64,000 bases of DNA from a virus. Position numbers and translations under genes: made by a program. Below, in pieces: positions 47,559-58,767 of the stretch (positions are counted from its first letter, which is position 1; each line of letters begins with the position of its first letter). Under the pieces are notes generated by a model, which was not told the DNA's origin, made no database searches, and saw nothing but the letters and a program-made list of their open reading frames with translations. The stretch spans positions 28,026 to 92,025 of IMG/VR virus record IMGVR_UViG_3300009527_000006; one strand, 5' to 3'.

Positions 47559-47843
47559 TCACGCAATAAATGCATTTATACGAGATTGCAGAATGTCAGA
47601 GTATTCCTTCATTACTTCGCACTGTCTTTTTAATAGTGCCTGCTCATCTTTAGGAAGGTTATGAAAAATTAAAGAACCTTTAATAAAGCCATCTAAAGCA
47701 TTTATTTTGATATTGAGATCATCACGTTCAGTGACAACTCGTTGCTGATGTGGTTGCAGTTCAACAGAAGATTTTATAGTATCCATATTATATATTATTT
47801 TCAGCGCTATAAACCTATTCAGTATGACAAGCAAGTTTGTCAT
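47559..47843 (-). CDS. small coiled-coil phage protein
   Basis: 'HQQRVVTERDDL..KINAL..F..EQALL..Q..VM..YSDIL..RI' widespread phage motif. Confidence 0.65.
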   Translation of the reverse strand: MTNLLVILNRFIALKIIYNMDTIKSSVELQPHQQRVVTERDDLNIKINALDGFIKGSLIFHNLPKDEQALLKRQCEVMKEYSDILQSRINAFIA

Positions 47844-48243
47844 GATCTGAAACTACTGAAGATTCAAACGAAAATGAAAAAGGTTTAAGCTGCTTGAAGA
47901 GATTTTTACTACCTTTAATAAAACTATTATGAATAGATTTGCACTTAGAATTTAGTGCAAATTCACGCATAACATCATTGCATGTTGTGTAAAACGCAGT
48001 ATCATTATTAATTTGTCCACATGGTGTTACATAACCCACAGTTGCAAAACGATGAAGTTTCCGTTTCATTGCAATAGCAATGGGAGAACTATCTCCTAAG
48101 AATAGTTGTTTTTCAGTTCCTTTGATAGCCGCATCTTCAATCATAGAGCGCCGTTTAATCGAGTGCAAAATATCTTTTTCAGTTACATTGACAGTTACTC
48201 TATTTGTTGTCGTTTTTTTGTTTTTTTGTTTTGTGTTTTTCAT
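47815..48243 (-). CDS. hypothetical early protein
   Basis: 142 aa; TTGACA-17-TATAGT at 48300-48328. Confidence 0.55.
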   Translation of the reverse strand: MKNTKQKNKKTTTNRVTVNVTEKDILHSIKRRSMIEDAAIKGTEKQLFLGDSSPIAIAMKRKLHRFATVGYVTPCGQINNDTAFYTTCNDVMREFALNSKCKSIHNSFIKGSKNLFKQLKPFSFSFESSVVSDHDKLACHTE

Positions 48244-48380
48244 AAGAAAAAATGTTTTTGTGATTTATGAGATTTAAGTGTCGCTTGATATTGAGATGAA
48301 CTATAGCATGTAGTGTCTGATCTGTCAACCATAAATTTAACAGATATATCTATTTCAATACTCAATTAAATTATTTTATT

Positions 48381-49278
48381 TTAATTTTTATTGTATTTTT
48401 TAGCAATATTTTCAATTTCTTCAAAAAATTGTTCAAATGATAATTCTACAAAAATCATTCTATTTTCACCTCTTTTAGAAAAAATAGAAATTTTACCATC
48501 TTCTTCTATGCGTATTTGAGTGTCAAGATCTTTATGTCCAATATCTCTGCCACTCCATACATCAAGTTTATTATACTTGTGTTGAATAAACAACTGTTCG
48601 GTTTGTGAAGTATATCAAGTCATAAAATCATAACAAATAAAATTTAACTAATACCAAAGCTGAGACAGCGTGATATAGCACAGAAAATAGATATAACCTA
48701 GCATTTAGCGCATCAGATAAATATTCCTCATCATACCAAATTACAAGAAAAAATTCGGCTAATATTCCTATAAAAGGAACCCAACACAAGATTTTTAATA
48801 AAATTTGAAAATTTCTAAAAAGTTCTGATTTATTAGTTTTTTTTTGACATTTTCTGTAATAAATGTTTCTGCTGTATCTACAATTTTTTGATATCGTAGT
48901 AATATTGGGCACGGTTCATTATAATTGTGTCTATCCTTTTTAGGATGATGAAAATCTGAACAATGTCCCGTAGGAAGATGCTTTAGCAATGATATAATAA
49001 CATTACAAGCATCTGATAATTTTTTATCCGCAGCATTAGTTTTCATCTGATGCAGCTTTCTCAGCTTCATTCTTTGAACTGTATAGATAATTAGTATGAT
49101 GTTCTATTGTAAACAGCCTCATATTTACTAGTCCTCCTACTGAAATCAGTAGAAGAACCATTGTTCCAAAAAAATTAGTGTTACTTGATAGTATTAGTTC
49201 TAGTGTTTCTTTCATATTATTAACTTCCGGTTGAGCCAAATCCTCCAGTATTACGAGATTCATTAGCAACCACAACAC
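48381..49278 (-). other. run of four small hypothetical ORFs (48381-48593, 48628-48912, 48795-49070, 49036-49278)
   Basis: ORF track; tightly packed, starts uncertain. Confidence 0.4.
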
Positions 49279-49642
49279 CTTCAGTGAATGTAGCGTGAAT
49301 GCACTCTTGTAAAACTAGCTGAGCAATTCGTTGTCCTTTATTGACTAGATAGTATAAGTCTTCTCCGGCATATGTCAAGATGATTTTAATTGGTCCTGTG
49401 TATGATGGGTCAATAACTCCGCCAGAGACACTAATATTTCTTGATGCAAGAGAAGAGCGGTCTTTAATAATTCCTCCAATATTTTTATCAAATTGTAGAC
49501 ATAATCCAGTATCCACAACATTTAATCCACGATATAAAACAGTATCAACAGGAACATATAAATCCCAACCAAGGTCATCTTCATGTGCTTTGGTAGGAAT
49601 AATAGCATCTGGGTGTATTTTTTGAACAGTTATGTTTTTCAT
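49220..49642 (-). CDS. dut: trimeric dUTPase
   Basis: 'GWDL', 'RSSLA', 'GVIDPSYTG', 'RIAQL', 'RNTGGFGSTG'. Confidence 0.96.
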   Translation of the reverse strand: MKNITVQKIHPDAIIPTKAHEDDLGWDLYVPVDTVLYRGLNVVDTGLCLQFDKNIGGIIKDRSSLASRNISVSGGVIDPSYTGPIKIILTYAGEDLYYLVNKGQRIAQLVLQECIHATFTEGVVVANESRNTGGFGSTGS

Positions 49643-50436
49643 TTTAGGTATTTTTTAATGAGGTCTTTGTTTGTCTTAGCAAAATCAGGAATCATGTCTA
49701 TGTAATGTGCTTTTTTCTTAAAAAGCACAAATGGAGAATGACTCACCATAATGACTTGGAAGTATTTGGCCAAATTTTCAATAGTATCAAAAAGCTCTAG
49801 TTGTTTAGCAAGGCTCAGTGCTTTTTCAGGTTCATCAAGAAGAACAGTCGGTGCTCCGTTTCTAGGCAGGCTTTTGATATATTCTACTTCTGCCATTGCT
49901 GCTTTTTGCGTCTCGGTAGAGAGACTTTTGAAAAATAAAGGCAATCCCTGAGTCAGATCAGGAACACTCTTTAGCATTTCCATAATTTTATTGATTTTAG
50001 AAATACGATACTGCCCACTGCTAGGATGATTTGTCATAATTTCTAATTGCTCTTGTTCAGTAGTTATTCCATCAAGAGAATGTTTTGGATTCAAAAACCA
50101 AGACAAGTCATTTTTCGCAAGCATATCAGAATCATTATAAAAACTTGCAGTGCCATCCCATTCTACTGCTGCATGTGTTTTTCCCGGTGCATAACGATGG
50201 TATACATAAGGAAAATGTCCTATGCTAGCAGAACCTAATTTTGCAGGGTCAGAAATTTCAGAAAAACCACCTTTTTCAATACCGCAGTATGCAGCAATTG
50301 TTTTAAGAAGTGATGATTTGAAACTGCCATTATCACCTACAATAATATTAAGTCCCGGCTTAAATTCAATCACCTTACCTGCAATACAAGGTGATTGTAG
50401 CATAAATCCTGTTTTGATTTGAACTTTAGTAATCAT
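49639..50436 (-). CDS. ABC-type ATPase
   Basis: 'GDNGSFKS', 'SSGQ', 'LLDEPE', 'VSHSP'. Confidence 0.85.
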   Translation of the reverse strand: MITKVQIKTGFMLQSPCIAGKVIEFKPGLNIIVGDNGSFKSSLLKTIAAYCGIEKGGFSEISDPAKLGSASIGHFPYVYHRYAPGKTHAAVEWDGTASFYNDSDMLAKNDLSWFLNPKHSLDGITTEQEQLEIMTNHPSSGQYRISKINKIMEMLKSVPDLTQGLPLFFKSLSTETQKAAMAEVEYIKSLPRNGAPTVLLDEPEKALSLAKQLELFDTIENLAKYFQVIMVSHSPFVLFKKKAHYIDMIPDFAKTNKDLIKKYLK

Positions 50437-50443
50437 AATAAGA

Positions 50444-51067
50444 TTAGTTTATAAAATCACTATTTGAATCAATTCCATTAGCAAATTCCTCAAGATTCAT
50501 AGAAATTTGATCTAAAAGATCATTTGGAATAGGTTTAGGTTGCGTCTTTTTAGAAAACAAGAATTGCAAATCATAAACAGTGACAAAAAGCATAGAAGAG
50601 ACTAATTCTTCAGTATTTCTTTTAGAGACAAATCCCGGATGATTAGTCACATACTGAAGTTCTTCTTTATATACGTCTCGGTCTGCATTGATAATTACGG
50701 TATAGTTCATATCATCAACCAAAACATCATAATATTCTAAATTTTGTAATGGTCCAGAATCAACAGGAACTTCTATAAGTTTAGGAGGTGCAGAATCTTT
50801 TACACTATTAATAATGCTGTTAATTTCATCATTATTTTCAAATACCCCATTGTGCATAGCTTCATATGCTTTTTTGTAATCATCTACTTCATTATCAATA
50901 TAATCTTTGGCAGAAATTTCGATACCTTCTGATTTTACTGGAGAAAAAAGATTCAACATAATTTCTGAAAGTTCTTCATCAGAAACATTTGATAATCCTA
51001 AATCTGCTTTTATAGTTTGACGCAGACGACTTTCGTCAAACTGAGGAGCATTGTTTGTAGTTAACAT
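50444..51067 (-). CDS. hypothetical protein
   Basis: 207-aa ORF with sigma70-like promoter upstream. Confidence 0.55.
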   Translation of the reverse strand: MLTTNNAPQFDESRLRQTIKADLGLSNVSDEELSEIMLNLFSPVKSEGIEISAKDYIDNEVDDYKKAYEAMHNGVFENNDEINSIINSVKDSAPPKLIEVPVDSGPLQNLEYYDVLVDDMNYTVIINADRDVYKEELQYVTNHPGFVSKRNTEELVSSMLFVTVYDLQFLFSKKTQPKPIPNDLLDQISMNLEEFANGIDSNSDFIN

Positions 51068-51113
51068 AATTGACTAATACTATACTACACTGCACAAGTC
51101 TTTTCAAGAAAGA

Positions 51114-52454
51114 TTACAACAAAAATAAATTTTCTTTTGGTCTTGTAACGGCTGTATAAAGAATACGCTTCATTTCTTCATCATTCTGATTCAGAGTAAT
51201 ATCACTATAAACTACAAAAGCATTAGTGTAAGTGCTTCCTTGAGAACAGTGGCATGTTACTGCATAATTATAATTAACATAATCGAAATGATCTTTATAC
51301 TCAAAATATGCAATCCAATTTTGACTTTTCTGATAAGAAGTAGTTTGTGCTTTTGCATGTTCTTCCATAACTTTAAGTTTATGTGAAAACATTCCCTGAG
51401 AACTCTCATGCAAAATTTTAATAGTATCAGTTCTTTCAATACCTTCGACTAAACATTCATAGTATTGATATGTGTCATCTCCAATTTTAACAGTTTTAAT
51501 TTCTATTTTCTTAACATTCAATTCATCATTTATACTGAAAATGACAGCATCTCCTCTTTTAATAGGTCGGTCTACAATAAGTTTTTCTTGTAGAACAATT
51601 TTAGGTGCAGAATTGCCATATTTCATTTTTCTGATAACTTTATTAAATTTATCTACAGTAGCATTTCTCCATGCCAATACTTTACAGTAATCTGCATTTT
51701 TATCAAATTCATCAGAACAAAAATAGTGATCTAAAAGAGAATTTACTACTTCTGGTTGGTGTTTGTTCAATACTGCTAAACCTCTTCCATCAACAAAATT
51801 CTTTTGTCCCGGTGTTAGTTCTATATTATCAAAATTATATAATATATCTTGTGAAAATTCAATAATAGGATTTCCTTTTGCCTGACGAACAACTTCTGTA
51901 AGAGAAGTAATTTCGATATTATATTTTTTACGAGATTCTTCTATCATAGGAATAGAGTGCTCATGATTCACGGGATTTATCTGATTAGGATCGCCTACAA
52001 AAATAACTTTTATTCCTGTTTTATTTTGATTTTGTAATTCATGAAACACTTCGTCACTTATCATAGATGATTCATCAATAATAAGAAGATCAAACATAGA
52101 TACTTTACTACGTTCTTTAGGGTCTTTTTCAAAAACCTCTTTACCATTTGCAGTAATCTTATGTTTTAGACCTAAAATAGAATGTAGTGTAGAAAATTTA
52201 ACTTTGTCTCTGTATTTTGCCGGAAGCATGTCTTTTACAACTTTAGTAGCTTTGTTAGTAGTAGCAGTAACAGCTACTCTATTAAATTTAGCTTCATCTA
52301 CAAATTTACAAATAAGTTGAATAATACTAGTAGATTTACCACTACCAGCACAACCTGTAAAAAGATAATAATTGCTATCTGCTGAAGATTCTATAAAATT
52401 CCACAATTTGTCAAAACTTTCTTGTTGATGATCTGTTAATGTAACTGCTTTCAT
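51114..52454 (-). CDS. dda: Dda-like SF1B DNA helicase
   Basis: 'GCAGSGKS', 'IIDESSM', 'VGDPNQINPV', 'LAWRN', 'TCHCSQGST', 'YTAVTR'. Confidence 0.9.
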   Translation of the reverse strand: MKAVTLTDHQQESFDKLWNFIESSADSNYYLFTGCAGSGKSTSIIQLICKFVDEAKFNRVAVTATTNKATKVVKDMLPAKYRDKVKFSTLHSILGLKHKITANGKEVFEKDPKERSKVSMFDLLIIDESSMISDEVFHELQNQNKTGIKVIFVGDPNQINPVNHEHSIPMIEESRKKYNIEITSLTEVVRQAKGNPIIEFSQDILYNFDNIELTPGQKNFVDGRGLAVLNKHQPEVVNSLLDHYFCSDEFDKNADYCKVLAWRNATVDKFNKVIRKMKYGNSAPKIVLQEKLIVDRPIKRGDAVIFSINDELNVKKIEIKTVKIGDDTYQYYECLVEGIERTDTIKILHESSQGMFSHKLKVMEEHAKAQTTSYQKSQNWIAYFEYKDHFDYVNYNYAVTCHCSQGSTYTNAFVVYSDITLNQNDEEMKRILYTAVTRPKENLFLL

Positions 52455-52962
52455 TGTATGTTATATGTATACCAATAATATACCACAAAAACCAAAGGCT
52501 TGCAAGCCTTTTATGAGGCATTTAATTTTTTTTTGCATTAATATTAAAAATTTTACGCATTAATATTAAGAATGTTGAGAATATTAGAAAGATTGGATAT
52601 TATTATGGATAATTTGGCGAGTGTTTTTTTCTTCTTTGTTTGAAATTAGCTATAAATCACCCCCCTACCCCCCATAAGAATTTTGAGAAGTAGTTGTGTG
52701 ATTTATCGCGGTAGAATACTTCTCAAACAAATTTAGAAAAAATCACTCTAAGTGCCCTTTTCTTCTTCGTCCCGAAACCAGCTACCTCTTACCGTTTTAT
52801 TCGCAGAAGCACCAAAACTGCACGGCTCGAAGATAAAATTCCCATTTCCCCTAAAATGGGATACTTTTTATGTGAAATTACTTAACCACACAGTTTAGTT
52901 CATTGCAAGTTTTTATTTTCATTTTTGAAATAAAGTTTTTCTGTCTTAAATAGTAAAGACTT

Positions 52963-53436
52963 ATGACACCTAAATTTGAAAAACTTGTAAATGAATATCT
53001 GACAGATTCCTATATAGATGATGTAGTAGAAGAAGCAGGCATGGATTTATCTCAACAAGGAACTGGAGGTATATCAAAAATGGCCGCAGGAGCCTCTCCA
53101 AAGCCTCAGCCTAGCAATCCTATATCAAGTCCCAAACCTGCTGCAAAACCTCCTGTAACAGCCCCTAAAGTGGCAACTACCCCTCAACAAGGAAATGTTG
53201 ATAGAATGGCCAATCTTAATAATGCGATTACTGGTAATGATTATGATTCAGCGGCTGCTGCATTAGCAGATATTACCGTGGATGATCCTGATTTTTTCGA
53301 TAAACCAGAGTCTGAGGTAGTTCAAAAATGGGCAAGTGATCCTAATGTGTTAAAATCTTTACAGACTGCACAAGCAAATCGTATTAAAAAAATGGCACAA
53401 ACTGCATCTAGCTTAGAGAATGATTTTGTAGAATAA
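52963..53436 (+). CDS. hypothetical late protein
   Basis: 'KFEKLVNEYL' N-terminus; TAAATA upstream. Confidence 0.55.
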   Translation: MTPKFEKLVNEYLTDSYIDDVVEEAGMDLSQQGTGGISKMAAGASPKPQPSNPISSPKPAAKPPVTAPKVATTPQQGNVDRMANLNNAITGNDYDSAAAALADITVDDPDFFDKPESEVVQKWASDPNVLKSLQTAQANRIKKMAQTASSLENDFVE

Positions 53437-53458
53437 TAAAAAAGAATAAATAATAATA

Positions 53459-54163
53459 GTGACTTCTAAATTTGACATTTCTATAAATTCTATATTGAAT
53501 GAGGCATCTGGAGATGATTCAGATCTTCCTGATTTTGGACAGTCTCCAGATAGAGCATCAAGCATGATTCCACCAGATTCTACTCTTGATGGTGGAGGGG
53601 GTGCTTCAGATGATATTCCTGAAGAAGGTGAAGAAGAGCAGCAGCCTGATAATAGTCAATTAAAAGGGACTAATGAAGAACTTGAATATGCTAATATGGC
53701 AGTGCGTGCATTAAATTTTAATACTACAGAATATTATTTACTAAATCATTCTCTTATGGTAAATGGTGAGTCTTTTTCTGTAGCATCACTGTCTGATTTC
53801 TTTGAAAGAACTAAACAGTGGAAAGCAGTTATACAATTTATAGATTGGATTATCAATAAATTTGAAGGGGGTAATACCCAATGGGTGATGGATCAAGAAC
53901 TTGCTGGTGCTCCTATAATTACTAGATTAAAGGCAGCTAAGACAAAGGACGAAAAAGGCAGCAATGCTATAGATAATCCTAAAAGAGTGTTATGGACTAG
54001 AATAATATTAAATTGTTTCTTAAATAACGATCATTCATTTAACCTGAATTCTACAGACGTGACATTGCAGTCTATACCTGATATTTTGAATTTGCTCAAA
54101 CAACATTTCAATAGAAATACCAGAGGATTGTTTTCTATAAATCTCAGAGGTCCGGGACAATAA
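53459..54163 (+). CDS. hypothetical late protein
   Basis: GTG start 6 nt after TAAATA; acidic N-terminus. Confidence 0.55.
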   Translation: MTSKFDISINSILNEASGDDSDLPDFGQSPDRASSMIPPDSTLDGGGGASDDIPEEGEEEQQPDNSQLKGTNEELEYANMAVRALNFNTTEYYLLNHSLMVNGESFSVASLSDFFERTKQWKAVIQFIDWIINKFEGGNTQWVMDQELAGAPIITRLKAAKTKDEKGSNAIDNPKRVLWTRIILNCFLNNDHSFNLNSTDVTLQSIPDILNLLKQHFNRNTRGLFSINLRGPGQ

Positions 54164-54214
54164 ATTTGAAATTTTTCTTGACAGTTTAGGTATGTCGTTC
54201 TATATTCAAGTCAT

Positions 54215-54742
54215 ATGAATAAACAAAAAATGACAGAGTTGAGGAATGCACTAATTAAGGAAGGATTGGAGGTTTCTGAAAAGAATTTAAAATTATTTTC
54301 TCCAAGAAAAGGACAGGTAGTATTTAGAAATAATTTATGGGCCAAGCGTCTTGAAGAAAATAAAAGAAAGGCACGAAACACGATGATTGATAAGAACGGT
54401 GGAAGATGTTGTTTGCGAGTTGCAGAAGATATTATGGTAAATGAATTTGGTGTGAAATTGTCTTCCAGAGAATTCCTTCTTCCTACAAAATTAGCCCATC
54501 ATTTTTTTGGTTGGGAAAGTGATAATATGTGCGTTCCTAAATTAATTATTAATAAATCTAACGATTCTTTAACTGCATCTAATATCAACGATACATATAA
54601 CCTTAATAAATCTGACGAATCTTTAACTGCATCTGATATCAATGATAAATATAAACAATGGACCGGAACTGGAACTTCACATAAAAAAATTGCTAAATAT
54701 GTGAGGAATACTTATGTTCATCCTAAGAATATGAGATTTTGA
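54215..54742 (+). CDS. hypothetical early protein with internal 18-aa duplication
   Basis: TTGACA-17-TATATT at 54178-54206; 54-bp tandem repeat at 54550-54654. Confidence 0.6.
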   Translation: MNKQKMTELRNALIKEGLEVSEKNLKLFSPRKGQVVFRNNLWAKRLEENKRKARNTMIDKNGGRCCLRVAEDIMVNEFGVKLSSREFLLPTKLAHHFFGWESDNMCVPKLIINKSNDSLTASNINDTYNLNKSDESLTASDINDKYKQWTGTGTSHKKIAKYVRNTYVHPKNMRF

Positions 54743-54803
54743 TAGTGAAACCGAGTGATTGAGTTCTAGATACGTTAGAAACCGCGCATAAATATCATTA
54801 CAT

Positions 54804-56072
54804 ATGTCATTCGTTGATTGGTATAAAACAGACACTCATTACGTTTTCGTCAGAGAAAATGAATCAGAATATTTGATAGAATATAATAAACTTAAAAAGA
54901 TATTAGAAAGTTATTCTGATTTTAATGGGTTCCCGGTCACTACTTCGAGAATAGCAATGAGAGTAGGAGTCTCTAAGTCTATTATTGCAAGTATGTTGAA
55001 ATTGTTGAAGTTCACTCATAGCTCACTTCCAGTTCTTCCTTCTAAAATTATAGACTTAAATGAAGACGAAACTCTTGAAGAATTAAAAATTGCATCAGAG
55101 TCATCTTTTGAGTATAAATTTCAACAATTCAAAGTTAAAGATGAACAATCTTGTGCTAAAAATTGGAAAATGTTAAAGGCTGGAATGCTAGATCCTGCGG
55201 AAAACTTTTTCAAAAAAAATCCAGTAGTTTCTAAAAAACCAGTCATCTCTAAAGTAGTAGCTAAGTCTTTAGATAAAAAGAAGCATGTAATAGCTAGCTT
55301 GCAAGATATTCATTTAGGAGAGAAAACATTAAAGGAACATTTATTTCATGGTAAAGATTATAATTCTGATATTGCTATTGAATTAGTGGAGAAATATATC
55401 AAAGATTTATGTCAAAAAAACAAAGGCATCAACAGTATAACTTTGATTATAAACGGTGATTTTTTACATACATGTTTTAATGGGACAACAGCTCAAGGAA
55501 CTAAGCTAACTAGTGATAGTTTGAATGAAGATTTGTTTGAACGGGCACTAGAGATTCTAACATGGGCGATAGATGAATTGAATGAGAATTTTGCCAATGT
55601 AGAAGTAGTTTTCTTGAAGGGAAACCATGATAGTGTTGTTGCTTCATATTTGGGGTATGCTATACAGTCATATTACAGAACTATTAAAGAGGTAAAAATC
55701 TTTATAATTAAAACATGGGCTACTATGTTTAGAGTAGGCAGTTTGGCAGTTATTGCTACTCATGGAGGAAGCGATTCTCTGAAATTCGCAAATATTCCTA
55801 AAAATGATTTACAATTACGAACTTATGTTCAAGAAATGATGCTTGCTAAGAGAGATCAAATTGTAGGCTGTAAAAATACTATTGTTATAAGCGGTCATTT
55901 GCATTCTTTTGAACATCGTGATATGGGAGCTTTTGATCATTATGTAATGGGAACTACTGTGTTAGGTGACAAGTATGCAGATGCTATGAATTTTCCTAGG
56001 TCTAAGCCTAGACTGAATGCTCTTATTGTAGAAGATGGTGCGGTCATAGAAACTCAACATTATTATTTTTAA
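54804..56072 (+). CDS. calcineurin-like metallophosphoesterase
   Basis: 'QDIHLG', 'NGDFLH', 'GNHD', 'THG', 'GHLH'. Confidence 0.85.
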   Translation: MSFVDWYKTDTHYVFVRENESEYLIEYNKLKKILESYSDFNGFPVTTSRIAMRVGVSKSIIASMLKLLKFTHSSLPVLPSKIIDLNEDETLEELKIASESSFEYKFQQFKVKDEQSCAKNWKMLKAGMLDPAENFFKKNPVVSKKPVISKVVAKSLDKKKHVIASLQDIHLGEKTLKEHLFHGKDYNSDIAIELVEKYIKDLCQKNKGINSITLIINGDFLHTCFNGTTAQGTKLTSDSLNEDLFERALEILTWAIDELNENFANVEVVFLKGNHDSVVASYLGYAIQSYYRTIKEVKIFIIKTWATMFRVGSLAVIATHGGSDSLKFANIPKNDLQLRTYVQEMMLAKRDQIVGCKNTIVISGHLHSFEHRDMGAFDHYVMGTTVLGDKYADAMNFPRSKPRLNALIVEDGAVIETQHYYF

Positions 56073-56100
56073 TTTGATTTAGTTAGTTTCATAGGCTAAC

Positions 56101-56607
56101 TTGTCACATAGCAGTATGAAAAATTCAGAAACCCCAACTATTGAACAAGATATTAGTGATTGGATCGTTGCGAATTATCCAGAACTAGTATATGATGATA
56201 TTAATGAAATGTACTGGGATTGCCCGAATGGATGGCGTGAAGTGGTAGAATCAACTATCCAAACATTAGCATTATTGAATAAAGTGACTACAGGTGCCCG
56301 TGTAGGAATATGTCAAATAAAACAGAAGTTTGGCGAACTTAGAATTTATGTAGATTTTTCAGATACCGAAAATGACCCAAATTATAATGACTTTAGGAAA
56401 TTAATCTATAATATTATTACATATGCCGAACATCAATGCGAAAAAACTTGTGAATCTACTGGCAAATACGGAGTCCTATGCAGTAGAGGAGGATGGCTGC
56501 GAACGCTACATCCAAGGGTCGCCAAAGAAACTGGATATATTCCTCTATCAAGAAATAGAGAATTATATTCCGAGCTTTCTGAGGAAATTCCAACAGAAGA
56601 TTTGTAG
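56101..56607 (+). CDS. conserved hypothetical phage protein
   Basis: 'CPNGW..', 'QIKQKFGELRIY', 'TCESTG..GWLRTL'. Confidence 0.65.
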   Translation: MSHSSMKNSETPTIEQDISDWIVANYPELVYDDINEMYWDCPNGWREVVESTIQTLALLNKVTTGARVGICQIKQKFGELRIYVDFSDTENDPNYNDFRKLIYNIITYAEHQCEKTCESTGKYGVLCSRGGWLRTLHPRVAKETGYIPLSRNRELYSELSEEIPTEDL

Positions 56608-56763
56608 TCATGAATGGAAAGAGGCTGATGAAGTTGTTCTTTCTGATGATTATTTTGAGATTGATGGGAATGTGCCCATAATTTATGGATTTGAAACCTA
56701 TATACAAAATTATTGTTGTTCTAAGTGCGGCAATGAAAAAAGTATAGAAAAAAATAGACCAAA

Positions 56764-57252
56764 ATGAAAATTTACCCAAATGCCATCTCAAATACTGATA
56801 AAATTGTAAATTCTTTGAATATAGATTATAGTCACCTGTTCTTTCCGAGAACAGGTAATGATCAACATACTGGAATAATAAATGGAGTGTATTCTAAATT
56901 CAGCACTCTTAAAAATACAGACATGAGTGATATTTTTATTGACTACATATTCGATAATATTCATTTACCGGATGATAGTCAGGATACTCTTAGATTTGTC
57001 TATTCATTTATACAAATACAAAGATACTATCCGGGCGATTTTATAGTCCCACATTTTGATTTATATGATATTACTAAGTTGTATCTTTTTAATTTGACAA
57101 GTTCAGATGTCGATGCTTTAATAATTGAAGATGAAGGAACATTGGTAAGAGTTCCTGATGTGGCTGGACAGTATATTGATTTTGATGGGAAAAATGTTCA
57201 TTGGGTAAACCCTGTAAAAGATATAAGATATTCATTAGTAATAGGAAATTAA
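56764..57252 (+). CDS. 2OG-Fe(II) oxygenase
   Basis: 'IQRYYPGDFIVPHFD' (HxD), 'HWVNPV..RYSLV'. Confidence 0.8.
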   Translation: MKIYPNAISNTDKIVNSLNIDYSHLFFPRTGNDQHTGIINGVYSKFSTLKNTDMSDIFIDYIFDNIHLPDDSQDTLRFVYSFIQIQRYYPGDFIVPHFDLYDITKLYLFNLTSSDVDALIIEDEGTLVRVPDVAGQYIDFDGKNVHWVNPVKDIRYSLVIGN

Positions 57253-57264
57253 AATTTATAAGTT

Positions 57265-58209
57265 ATGCAAAAGGTAATAATGACATGCGGTATTTCTGGT
57301 AGCGGAAAATCTACTTGGGCTACAGAATTTGTCTCTACTAATTCTAATTGGGTCAGATTTAATAGGGATGATATGCGTAAAAGTTTATATCCAGATATGA
57401 GTAATTACTATACTAGTAGTAATAAAAATCTTATGGAAGAAACTGTTACGGCTATGGCAGATAGCGGATTTTTGACTGCTCTTTCTAATGGACTTAACAT
57501 AGTTATTGATAATACACATCTCAATAAAACTTATGTAGATAGTATTAAAAAATTGATTGAAAAAAATAGTAAAGTTAGTGTTCTTTTTTCTGTAAAAATA
57601 TTTGATGTAGATGTAGAGACTGCAATTCTAAGAGACTTGACTAGACAGTTTCCAGTAGGAAAAACGGTCATTAACAAGCAATTTTATCAATTCCTTAAAA
57701 TCAAAGGAAAGTTTGCTATCAATTATAATGACTTGATTATAAATCCTGTATTTTTTGATAAGTTAGAAATAGACACATCTCTCCCCAAAGCAGTTATTTT
57801 TGATATTGACGGGACTCTTGCGCATCGTGGAGACAGAGGACCGTTCGATCTTAGAAAGGTTTACCAAGACACTTGTGATGAACACGTTCTAGACATGCTT
57901 CGATCAATGTCATATGACAGTAAATATTCTGCCACACTAATAGTTTCTGGTCGTTCGGATGAATGTAGAGGTGAAACTGAAAGATGGTTATTTGACAAAT
58001 GTGGTATTGAACTAGGAACTTCATTCAAACTTTTTATGCGAAAGTCTGATGATAATAGATCAGATGATATTATCAAAAGAGAAATAATTGAAAAAGATAT
58101 AATTCCATACTACTATCCGTATACATGGTTTGATGATCGTGACCGTGTGGTTAAAATGGTCAGGCAGTCTGGTATTAAGTGTTTCCAAGTTGAATATGGT
58201 GATTTTTAG
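57265..58209 (+). CDS. pseT: polynucleotide kinase / 3'-phosphatase
   Basis: 'GISGSGKST', 'NRDDMR', HAD 'FDIDGTLA', 'SGR', 'FDDR..VV'. Confidence 0.93.
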   Translation: MQKVIMTCGISGSGKSTWATEFVSTNSNWVRFNRDDMRKSLYPDMSNYYTSSNKNLMEETVTAMADSGFLTALSNGLNIVIDNTHLNKTYVDSIKKLIEKNSKVSVLFSVKIFDVDVETAILRDLTRQFPVGKTVINKQFYQFLKIKGKFAINYNDLIINPVFFDKLEIDTSLPKAVIFDIDGTLAHRGDRGPFDLRKVYQDTCDEHVLDMLRSMSYDSKYSATLIVSGRSDECRGETERWLFDKCGIELGTSFKLFMRKSDDNRSDDIIKREIIEKDIIPYYYPYTWFDDRDRVVKMVRQSGIKCFQVEYGDF

Positions 58210-58250
58210 TAGAAACGTGAATAAGATGATTATAATTAAATTGAAATTGT

Positions 58251-58757
58251 ATGCTAAGTGGTTCACCAGTTAATACTAACAAAATATATGCCGTCTTTAA
58301 TATTAAGACTAGACAGTTGATATGTCTAATAGATGAAGAAAATAAGCAATATTTTCCTGAAGAGAGATTCTTGATAAAATGTCTAGAAATTGTCGGTGAT
58401 GTTTTTGAATTATCAAAATTTCATTATGTAGGTGATTATGATTCAGGCGATTTCTTAGATCTTGCTTCATCTAAAACTGCGGTTGTTTATGAGCGAGAAA
58501 TTGATCGTAAGTATGAATTAATATTTGATAGAAAATATCCTTCTATCAAAGAAGTTGTATTAGCTATTTTAGATGGTTCTGAAAAATTGACAGAGATTAG
58601 AGAATTTTATAAAAAAATTCAGAAATTAAAAGCTAAAAATAAAGAACATATTTCAAATTCTTCAAATCATATATATGTATCTTTAGAACAAGAAATGGCT
58701 AGACAAAATTTAAGTTTTTCTACTGAACCACTTGAAAGTAGAGTTGATTTAGATTAA
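58251..58757 (+). CDS. hypothetical protein
   Basis: 168-aa ORF. Confidence 0.5.
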   Translation: MLSGSPVNTNKIYAVFNIKTRQLICLIDEENKQYFPEERFLIKCLEIVGDVFELSKFHYVGDYDSGDFLDLASSKTAVVYEREIDRKYELIFDRKYPSIKEVVLAILDGSEKLTEIREFYKKIQKLKAKNKEHISNSSNHIYVSLEQEMARQNLSFSTEPLESRVDLD

Positions 58758-58767
58758 CTTAATCTAA

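Noticed and set aside
56423-56767. 114-aa ORF overlapping 56101-56607
   Set aside because: The 3' part (CSHEW..CSKCG) may be a real small gene, but the start cannot be placed and the long overlap is doubtful.
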